Positions 36,201-46,900 of a stretch of 64,000 nt of DNA are shown here, one piece after another. Within the stretch, counting starts at the first letter, position 1, and the number at the start of each line of letters is the position of its first letter. The stretch lies in NCBI GenBank assembly GCA_004431415.1, contig QPMI01000417.1, positions 1 to 64,000 on the forward strand. Direction: 5' to 3'. Position numbers and translations under genes: made by a program. The stretch comes from Cyanophora paradoxa CCMP329. Its lineage: Eukaryota > Plantae > Glaucophyta. Under the pieces are notes generated by a model. It was not told the origin of the DNA. It ran no database searches and saw only the letters and a program-made list of their open reading frames with translations.

Positions 36201-39200
36201 GGCGGTCCTTGGTGGCGGTCTTAATAGAAATTAATCGTAAAAGTAGTTAAGCGCTTATATGCCCCAAAGGGGATTCTCTTAACGACGAGGAACGAACCTG
36301 GCGGTCCTTGGCGGCGGCCAGCTCCCCGCGGCAGACCTGCAAAGGCGCGGGCCGGGGCAAGCTTAAGCCAAGGCGCGAAACTTCGAATTTATATTGATCT
36401 AGAGCCAGAGCTTGAGGGGAGGGCGGACCTCGGAGGCGCAGGCGCCGGGCGTGACCACCAGCACGAGGGCCTCGCGGGCGCGTCAATCACGATCAGCGCG
36501 CGCCTAAGGCGAGCGTATCTACTAAGGATTTACCTGCGCGGACTGGACGGAGGGGTCGACTCCGGATCCGCCCGCCGGCGCCCCGGCGTCGGCATCCGCG
36601 GCCGCCGCGGCGGCGTCGCTCGTCTGCGAGGGCGGACTTGAATTTCGCACGAAAGTCACGGAGGCAAGGGGGCCCGCACCGGCACCCAGCACTGCGGATC
36701 GAAAGAAAGAAAGGGCACGTGTGCCATCAGATGGAAGTTCAGTTCTTCGAGGTGTGCCCGAAATTAAACAGGCGGCAAGCGCACGGTGACGTGCTGCTCC
36801 TCGCGGGCATCGGTGGCGTCGCTCGTCTGCGAGGCCGGCCGGATTGGGCTTGGTAAGAATTTCGCGCGAAATTGTTGATGTCAGGAAAACCGGGGGGGGA
36901 CCCGCCCGCACCGGCACCCAGCACTGCGGACCGAAGGGAAGAAGGGGCGCCATCAGACGGAATTGTGATTCTTCGAGGCGCGCGGGGCGGGCCCGTGGCG
37001 CACGGTGACGTGCTGCGCCTCGAGGCGGTCGCGGAGGGCCCGCGCGAAGGCGGCCGCGCCGGGGTCCCCCCGCTCGTGGCTCACGAAGGCGTCCCGGATC
37101 TGAAGGCGAATCGAAGCCTCATTAAAAATGAGATGGCGTCCTTAAACGGCAGGCAGGGCAAAAGTCGAGAACTCTTAAAGCTTAAATTTGCGCTAGATTC
37201 AGAAGAGTTCTCCCATGGAAGGGCGTGGCTTATAATTAGGGCGGCTCGGCAGGGCAAAGTTCTAGATTTCTTGAAGCTTTGCGCCAAATTTAGAAGGCGT
37301 GGCTAAGGGCGGCATGCAATGGAGCTTAAAGCTTCGCACGCACGCCGGCGGCGCGCTTGAGGTCTGCCTTGAAAAGGAGGTCCGACGAGGCGTCCAGCAC
37401 GCGCGCCTGCGCGCAGGAATTCGAAGCGGAATTCGAAGACAAGTTCAGATAAGGGCGCGCCTTGTTCCTTGGGTTCGCGGGCTCCAGCCGGAGCGCGAGG
37501 TCCGCGCCTGCCCGCATCGATTTCGTTGAGTCGTCGACAGAGGCCAAGGTGCAGCGTTCCGCGCGATGGAGGGGAGCGAGGCGGCACCGCGCTGGATGAG
37601 GAGGAGGGCGACGTCGAGCATGGGCCGCCCCAGGCGCACGCAGTGGAAGAGCGCGGTCTCCCCCGTCCCGTTCCGCTCGCTGCACGTCCGGTCGGCTCCG
37701 GTAAAGGCGGGCGGGGCGGGGCGGGGCCGGGCGCACTCGACGCTACCGCCGGCGGTGGCGGCGGCGGCGAGGCGGAGCGCTGTGCCGCGGAGGCCGGCCC
37801 GGCATGCCAGGATGAGCGCCGTGTCCCCTCCCGGGGCGGCCGCCTGCGCCGGCGCCGGCGCCGGCGCCGGCGCCGCCTCGCGCTGCATGGCCGCCAGCCG
37901 TTTGGCGGCGGACAGCACGGCCTTGGCAGCCGGGCGCTCCGCCGTCGCCGCTTCCTGCGGATGCACAAGAATCTCAACTTAGCAGTAATCACCGAGCCGA
38001 GCATCGAGTTATATATCGTGTCAAGAAATATTTTAAATTTGGGCGCCTTCTCGAGGGGCGCGACGTCCTTAAAACGGCAGGCAGGGCAAAGCTCTAGAGC
38101 TCTTGAAGCTTTTTAAGCTTTGCTCAAAATTTAGAAGGCGTGGCTAAGCTTAAGGGCGGCATGCAATTAAGCTTAAAGCTCCCTGCAAACAACTCTCAGC
38201 TTAGTAACATCTAGCTATAGTTATCGTTCTAATTATATAAGAAACATTTTAATTTGCGCGCCTTTTCGAGGGGCGCAAAGTCTTCCGGGAGGGCCGAGCC
38301 GTCGCACAGGAGGAGCCAGTCCGCCCCCGAACTGAGGGGCCGAGCATCAGCTTCTATCCGCTATTTATAGGTAGCTTCCGGATAACCGTCAATTAACATC
38401 GATTGCGCCGAATGCAGACTCACCGGACCGACTCCAGGTCGTTCGTTTTGATTCCTTGGCCGATTAAGGCGACGTACCTAATTATAATCGCTCTCGTGTG
38501 TAAGAATTCGATGTCCACCTGCTGCGACATCGCGAGGCGTCGCCGGTACCCACCCGGCGCCCTGTCCGGCGATCCGCCCCTTCGAGTCGCGCTTGAGTGG
38601 CCGCCAGACGTGCCCCGGGCGGGCCGCCTCCTCCTTGTCCCGCTCCAATAGAAACCTGATAAGCATGATTTTAGCCATCATTTAACTCAAGTGTGTGTTG
38701 AAGCAATAAAACAATACGAACTTGATGACTTCCTTCTGCTCGGTTTTCAGCGCTGCCCGCAGCGGCGATCCCTCTTTGAAGTCCTCCGGCATCGGCTGCC
38801 TCGTCTCCTCCTCCAGTATCGCCCTGTGGTATTACAAAAGAAGTTATGACGTGTATCAGATCATCATCTTATCGTCTTGAGAAGGCGAACGCACTTGAGG
38901 AGGGGAAGCCTCCCGGCCCACGCGGCTGCCATCGCGGGCGTGCCGGCCCGGTCGGCGCTGACGTGCACCTTGGCGCCCTTGGACAGCAGGTACCTGCCCT
39001 CATGATCAATGTCATCCTTATATATAATTGAGCTTCGTCTCTAATGCTTCAGCGTGCGCCAGAGGAGCGACATATATAGCTTTCGACAATACTACGATAT
39101 ATTTAGAGGCCTTCGAGTTCGAAGGTCTTTTGAATTCCCGTCTTTTTGGACACTTGGCCTGGCGATGCGATATAACGTTCGAAGATCTTTAACGTCTTTT

Positions 39201-40694
39201 CGGACACATAGGCGTTCTAAGGTCGTTGGCCTTTTTGGATACATATAAAAGGCGCACAGGCCGGGCCCCGGGTCCTCCAGAACGGCAGCCCGGTGCAGCG
39301 CCGTCTCGTCCGCGTTCGTCCTCCCGTCCACGTCGGCGCCTAATTTATAAACGGGCTAAGATCAGCGAAAGCTTATACAACCATGAGGAAGGTCATCAGA
39401 GACGAAGAGCACAGATCGGACCGGCGTCGACGAGCATGCGGAGGAGGGCCATGTCGACCTTCGGGGGGGCCGCGTCCGGGTCCGCGCCCTGCGGGATCAG
39501 CAGGAGATCCCGAGCGGTCAGCCGCGGAGATGCAGATCTAGAGCGATCAGCCGCGCAGAGAGCATGCGGGCTCAATTCGTCGATCCGAATAAATTTTATG
39601 CGAATGCCTAAAATTGCCCCTGATCAAGCGTCCCAGGTTAAGTTGCCCCTGATCAAGCGTCCTAGGGTCAAGCGTCCAAGGGGTAAGGGGGGGGGACGGG
39701 GGGGGGGGGGGAAAGGGGTAAGGGGGGTAAGGGGGGGGGGGGGGGGGGCGCCTGGGGAGCGAGGGCCTCCATGAGGGTGGTGATGTACGTGGCAGACCGG
39801 TCCCCCGCGCTCGCCCCCGCCTCCAGCAGGAGCCTGCAGGGATAAAAAGCGGAGAGATCAGATCTCGGGTGGATTAAAATATAGTGGGGGCTCCAGATCT
39901 AGATGTAGATCTAGATCTGACCGGACGAGCTCGGCGTCGCCGGTGCGGCAGGCGTGAAGGATGGGCGTGTAGCCGCCCGAGCCGCCCGCCGAGTGCACGT
40001 CCGCCCCCATCGACAGGAGGAGCCTGGCCATGGCCGCGCGAGCGAAGGGGCACAGTGAGCACGAGATCGAGGTAATCGGTAAACATCGACGCAAGAGCTC
40101 GCAAACAAGGCACACGCTTTGCTCTCTTCGTTTGGCAAGCTAAGCTAAGCGCAGTGCGTAGCGCGCACCGGACCGTCGCCTTGTCTCCGACATCGCTGGC
40201 GGTGCGCAGGGATTTGTCCAGGATCTCCTGCGAGGGCTTGAAGCCGCCCTCCTGCAGAGCCCTGCGGGCCGGCGCCGCGCGTGAGCCCCTTTATATAATT
40301 AGAGAGAAGCCCTCAGAGATAAAAGCCGTCAGAGAGAAAAGCCCTTTCTCTGACATCGGCCACTGGGTCGTACTTGATTTGGGGCTCAGATCTAGATCTA
40401 GATCTAGTTCGGATTCCGAACCCGATGCACTCGGCGGCGGCCTCGCCGCAGGTCGTCGCGGCCTCGAAGGCCGTGCCGCCCTGCTTGTCCACGACGCCGG
40501 CGTCGGCCCCCTTCGCCAGCAGCGCCCTGCGAAGGGAGCTTATAATTAGTGATCCGATCTGGGGTTTATAAATAGAGGCTTATAATAGAGGGGGTCTTAT
40601 AATAGAAGCTTAAGGGGCTTATAATAACGTTTACTGGGGTTTAGCGATCTTATAAAAGGGGTGCTTATAATAGATTGGGGGCGCCGGCAGGGCC

Positions 40695-40726
<32 letters not shown>

Positions 40727-43700
40727 GGGCCCGGAGAGGGGGGGGGGGGGGGGGGGGGGAGGGGGGGGGGGGGGGCACCGGACGAGGAGCGCGTCGCCCA
40801 CTCCACAGGCGAACATGAGCGGAGTCTTGCCCGAGCCGTCCACCGCATTCACGTCTGCCCGGAGTGAAGCTTAAGGCGCATGTTCAGACAAAACGTGTCG
40901 AGGGTCCAATGCATCGATCGGAATTAAAAAACGCATGCGCATGCGCGCGCACCCGCCCCATTCTCGATCAGCCATCTGTCGGGTCGGGGTCGGCCCCGGG
41001 CCCGGGGCGCGCGCGCGTCAGCAGAAGATGTCGCGCCGGTAGCCTAGTCCTAGATCTAGATCTGGGTCCCGGGAACGGAAGGGGAAGGGGTGCGGCGCGG
41101 GCGGGCGCACGCGGAGATCTCACGGCGGGGGCCCTTCTCGGGGCACCCCAGGGCGAAGTGCAGCGGCGTCCTCGTCCCGTAGTTCCTGCGAAATGCGGCA
41201 TAATATAAGGTAATACGGCTCGAACTCCGTTATATTGTGGTTGTATTGAGAGTTTCGTAATTTTAAGCTCATTCGACCGCGCCGGGCGCGCGCGGCGTGC
41301 CGGGCGCGCGCGGCATGCATTTGCGCACCTTCGGTCCGCCCCCTTGGGGATCGCCTGCTCGTAGAACTCCTTGTTCGTTATGTCGCTCCCCTTGCCCACG
41401 AGGTACCTGCGGGGTCGTCCGATTTAATGCAGGTTCTCGTGATCATATCTAGATCTAGATATTGACGCTCGCTCGATCTCAGCCAATCTAAGCCCGCGTC
41501 CTTTCTCTTCCTAATAAAACATCGGGCAAGCCGACTTGGGGATCATAACTAGGGGCCCGGCCGCGTTTGGCGCGCCGGGGGTGCAAGGGGGGAATCGGGA
41601 TCTAATGAAAGAGGCCCGGTCGGCGTGCTCGGCCGGCACACGCGGTTCTGCAATATAAGCTCGATATAAGCTCGATATAAGCGCAGCAAGAGAGTACGGT
41701 CTAGATCTGGCCGGCCGGGCGTGCTCGGCTGCGATCAGCTGCAGCGGCGCAGGCAGCAACGCAAGCAGTTTCTAGGCGGAAATCTAGAGGAGACGTTGAC
41801 AGGTAGAGAGAAGTGGTTCCATGCAGAACCGCGCAATGAATTCGAAGAGCAAGGCGTACGCGACGAACTGCGTGGCCGGAAGCCGAAATCTAGAGGAGAC
41901 AGCTAGGGAGAACTGGTTCCATGCAGAACCGCGCAAGGAATTCGAAGACCGGAGTTAGAGAGAAGTTAGTTTTCCCCTCGAAAACCACTTTTTCCCCTCG
42001 AATTCGACGCTCGAAAGTCGAGAGCTGACCGGTCCACCGAGCCAATCGGAAGGCGAATAACCAACATTTTCGTTGCAGACTGGCCCTCGAAAACGGCCTC
42101 ATAGAAAAATTTTGGCTGAAGCGAGGGAACGGGAAGCAAGGGGGCCCCCTTCCCCCCTTGCAATTAGATCTGTATATCTGATCTGGACCGAAGGTTCGCA
42201 CTTGACGATCTCGAAGAGCCCCTTCTGGGCGGCGTGCTCGACGGGCCGCCAGCCGCCCTCGAACCGCGCCTCCGTATCCGCCCCCCGCTCCACCAGCAGC
42301 CTGGGGTACGTATAAAGGAGCGCGGGGAAACAGCCCCGGAGGGGTACGCGCACTTCACGACCTCGAGATCGCCGGCGTCCGCGGCGTAGAACAGCGCCCG
42401 GAGGCCCCTGCGAACGCCGCAAGAGGGACGAAAGTGAGCTTGATTAGATTGAATTTGAAAGCTCAAGCTTCACGCTCGCACCTCCCCGTGTAGGGACCCA
42501 GCTCCTTACAGAACGCTGAAGTGCGGGGATCGTGAGAGGGGCGGGAAAGGGGGCGGGAAGGAAAGGGGGGATGGGGGGGTGGGGGGAGGGGAGGGGAGGG
42601 AGGTGGGTGGGTGGGGGGGGAGGGGGGGGGGGGGGCGCAGGCGCGCGGAAAAGGGCGCGGGAAGAAAGGGGGGGGGGGGGGGGGGGGGGGGACGTGGAGG
42701 AGAGGAGGGGAGAGAAAGGAGGAGAGCAAAGGGCGGATAAGAGGATCCGGAAGGGTAATTAAATTAAAGGGCGAACGAAGCTTAAGCGGCGCACCGTTCA
42801 CGTCGGCGCCGCGGTCGAGGAGGATTCGGACGCACGCCTCGCTCGGCGTCTCCCGCGCCGCTGTCCGTAAGGCATGTCGACGTCAGAATCAAGCTTTATG
42901 ATCATGATCACGGCAATTTCGAATATTGATATCGATTAATACACAACCGCACACAGCTGTAAACAGCTAGAAGCTGATACTTATATAACAGAGCCATTCA
43001 ACAGATATATACAGACAGCTGTACACAGCTAGAAACGAATATCGAGTAAAATACACGCACCCAGGTGGAGGGGGGTGAACGCGGCCGCGTCGCGCGCGTC
43101 GACCTGGGCCCTTATTAGTCTTCCCGCCCTTCGACCTTATTAGTTAGAAAACTTATTGGTTAGTTACACGCATTAGTATTAGTTAGAAACTAATGAGTTA
43201 GTATGCAAGAGGTCTAAAAGCGTCGACCTGGGCGCCGGCTTCGCAGAGGGCGGCGAGGCAGTCCGCCTTCCCCGTGCTGGCGGCCCAGTGGAGCGCCGTC
43301 TTCTGCTCCCCGTCCCGCGCCTCGAGCTCCGCGCCCCTCTCCAGAAGGAACTGCGCGCGCGCAAATTAAATCCGACGGGATCAAATCTTCGTCGAAGCCG
43401 GCGGAGATCTAGATCGCGAACGAGGGCTCGTGGAAAGGCGGGGCCGACCTTCACGACGGGCGCGTGCCCACGCCCGGCTGCGTAGATGAGCGCCGCCCGC
43501 TGCGCGTCGCAGCGCTCGTCGACCTGCGCCCCGTGCTCCAGGAGCCACCTGCGGCGGCGCAGGCGGACAGGTGCGCGTACGCGCGCGTCAGTTGCAAGTC
43601 GCGCACGTATGTACATGTATATGCGGGATGGATCGACGCGAACGCGGGCTCACCGCGCCGCGTCGAGCTGCCCGAAACGGGCCGCCTCGATGAAGGGAGT

Positions 43701-43987
43701 GCGCCCGGCCTCTCCTTTCGCCATCAAGTCGGCTCCCCCGTCGAGGAGCGCTTGCAGTGCCTCCGCGCTTCCCCCGCGGGCCGCGTGGTGGGCGGCACGG
43801 AGTCCGGCGTGGTCGCGCTCGTTCGCGTTGGAACCGGGAGCCGCCAGCAGCTTCCTGTGTGCGAGGGGAGCTCATCCGCGTGCGCGGCAGCGAGCGCAGC
43901 AGGCCGGGCGGCGCGGGCGGCGAACTGGACGCACCGGATCTCCGCGGCATCGCCTGCTGCTGCCGCTGCACACAGCTGCGATGCCAT
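32615..43987 (-). CDS. Gene G: ankyrin repeats - TIR - degenerate second TIR - coiled coil - CaaX (SKACSVM)
   Basis: ATG 43987 (MASQLCAAAAAGD). Many ANK exons (GRTPFIEAARFGQ, KTALHWAASTGK, GKTPLMFAC, ETALHRAA). TIR exons IRDAFVSHE..FARALRDRLE / CWVP / ALVLVVT / VCRGELAAA / IPVFPVW. Second TIR-like DHVVLWCSPQDAGFARAVVLGLADRGIPCWAD..CRAFVPLLS. Stop at 32615. Confidence 0.85.
36610..37022 (-). repeat. ~200-bp tandem duplication spanning two micro-exons and two introns in the TIR of gene G
   Basis: ggcgtcgctcgtctgcgagg...gcccgcaccggcacccagcactgcgga...ccatcaga...gcacggtgacgtgctgc is present twice (~36610-36800 and ~36810-37020). Confidence 0.9.
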
Positions 43988-46900
43988 GGACCCGCGAGCA
44001 CCCTCTTGCTCGCTGTTCTGGAAGGCCCGAACGGGCCGGGCCGCAGGCTGCGAACAGGCACCTTGACCGGTACCGGAATTAGCTCGGGCTCAAGAATTTG
44101 ATCGGAGGCCCGCTGACCTCGGCTGACCCAGCTGCTCGCCGCCCGGGCATCGCCCGCAAACGGATGCGTACGGCTCTGATCGCACAGTAGAGGAGTCAGC
44201 TCAGTCAGCTCCGCCCAGGAGCGGCAGCCGCAGGTCGCCTCCGCTCGACCGCGGAGAGCCGAGCGGGAGCGCGGAGATTCGCGAATCTGCATGCACGGTT
44301 GAAGGGGCGATCCCAGGTGCGATTGCTGCCGGCCCCGCTCCCGGCCCGCGGCCGGGCCGCGAGGGCGCGGGCGCCCGGCGCGCTGTAGACCCAGAAATCT
44401 AGGGAAGACGTGGATGCCGGATGCATGTGCCGCGGTTTCTGCGCCTGATCTTCTCTCACGCTGATCTCCTGCGTGCTCGCAGCATGTCGCTGCTCGAGGC
44501 CGTCCAGAAAGGGCAGGTGGAAGATGTCCGGTGCGCGCGCGGCTCACCGCCTATGCATCAGCGCCTCCTCGAGTTCGCGAATTGAGCTTCCCGCAGGCGC
44601 CTGCTCGCCGACGGTGCAGACGCGAACGCGCTCCACGAGGGCCACCTCGGGGAGAACTTCTCCGCACTCTACTCCGCCGCAGGCTCGGGCAAGCTGGAGC
44701 TCTGCAGGCGCGCGCACACACACACGCCTTTCTTTCCTTTGGGGCGCGCCGCGGCCGACGCTCTTTCGCCCAGAATCCTCCTGGACGCCGGGGCCGACCC
44801 GAAGGCGCCTGTGGTGTTCAAGCCGAAGGGGGGAGGCGCCGCCGTGAACGCTGACCTGCCCCCGGACCGAGGGATGCAACCCCTCCACGTTTCTTCCCTC
44901 AACGGCCATCTCGAAGTCGTCAGGTGCGGGCCGCGTGCGTGCGCACCTCCCTCCCTTCCCCGCCCTAGCTAACTGCAAGTTACCGTACCCCCAGGTTCCT
45001 GCTAGAGCGCGGGGTGCGATGCGCGAGCGCGCGGCCCTCTTGTGGGCGGGATCCCCTGAGCCGCCCCGGCCGCCCCCCCCCCCCTCCCCCCCCCCCTCCC
45101 CCCCCGCCCCCCCCCCCCCCCCCCCCTCCTCCTCCTGCCCCCGCTCGCAGGTGGACCCAGCCGCCCTCGCCTACGAGGACGGGTACAAGACGACTAAGGT
45201 CACCGCTCTGCATTTGGCCCTCTCCAGGGCGGACAGGGGCGGATCCCAGATCGAGGTTGCGAGGTGAGCGGGGGTACGCCGTTTTCTGCGACCCCGCGCG
45301 ACGTACCCCCCAGGCTCTTGCACGAGAAGGGCTGCCCGATGGATCTGCGGCACGCTTCGCTGCTGGGGGAGCTTCCGGTCGTCCAGTGCGCAGCTTCCGC
45401 TGGGTACACCTCGTTCCTGCGGGATCGCTGATCGCTGTACCCCCTTCCTTCCTTCCAGGCGCCTCCTGGAGTCGAACCCGGACGTAAACGAGCCCGACGA
45501 GAAGGGGTACGCTGCGCTACACCTCGCGAGCAAGTACGGCCACGCGGAGGTCGTGAGGTTGGCGTACCCCCCCGGCTCCTACCCTTCCTCCTTTCCCCTC
45601 TCTGAGCTCCGTATACGTACCCCCAGGGTTCTGCTGGCGGCCGGCGCCGACCCAAAGAAGAGCATGGATCCGGAGCTCAACCGCGGGAAAATCGGAATGA
45701 AGTACCCCCCGCTCCAAGCGGCCTGCTCGAGTGGGAGAGCGGACGTCGTCCAGCGCGCCCCGTACCCCCGGCCGTCCCGCATTCCGTACCCCTGACCGCT
45801 CTGGCGGGTACAGGCTCCTTCTGGACGCGGGCGTGGACGTCAACGTCCTGGCCTGCCCCGAGGGGGGGTACAGCGACAGGGACACGCGGACGGCCCTGCA
45901 CGTCGCCTGCGCGGCGGGGCACGAGGCCGTCGTCCGGTACCCCGTTTCCTTCCCCCTGCACCCCGGCCCGCCTTCGGGCCCCCTCATGCCTTCGCGCCAG
46001 GCTGCTCCTTGCAAACGGGGCGGACACGGCCGTCCTGTCGGGGTACCGCGTCGTGCGCACCATCGTCGCGGCGGGGCCCGAAGACACGGCGCGCTCCCCT
46101 ACCCCTACCCCCCCCCTCCCCCCCCGCCTTCTACCCTGCCCCCCCGCCCCCGCCGCCTCTTACGCTGGCTCTAGAGTGGGGAGACAGCGCTCCACGCCGC
46201 GGCGCGAGGCGGAAGCGCAGCCATCGTAAGGTGAGGCGGGCCGGCGGCCCCGGTTCAGCCGCCGGGGTACGCTTTTTCCGCTGACGCTGCGGGCGAACGT
46301 TCAACAGGCTCCTGGCTAAAGAGTTCGGAATGGACGTGAACGCTCAGGTGAACGCACGCACCGCCGGCACCCTCCGGAGCTCGCCTCTCGAATATATAGC
46401 CCTCCCCAGGCTGATCGAGCTCTTTTTTTTCGCAGGGCGAGTTCGGGTGCAGGCCGCTGCACGTGGCCGTGACCCACAGCCGCCTCGACGCGGCCCGGCC
46501 CGGTGTCCCCGGTAGGACCGCCCTCTATAGGAGCGGAACGCCCCACTTGAGCTTTCGCGTGCGCATCGCCGACCCGCGAGCCCGCGCCCTCTACGCGGAC
46601 GGATATACAGAATCCTGCCTCCATCCGAGCCAAATTTTAAAGCGCTAGCGCCCCTCCACATGGATGCGCCGCGCCATTGATATTTCTGCGCCTCGAGAAG
46701 GGGGAGCGCCACCGCTTCTAGGACGGAAGCTCGCCCTGCGCCTCCGCCACGCCCCGCTCCTAGCTGGGGACCTAGTTCCCCCGTTTCCTTTCTTCCTGCC
46801 GCGCCGCTAACCGAAAGCCTCGGGCCCTCCCTGCAGCTGGACCGGATCCGCAAGGAGCGCATCCCCGTCCTCCAGCTCCTCGTCGACGCCGGCGCGAACG

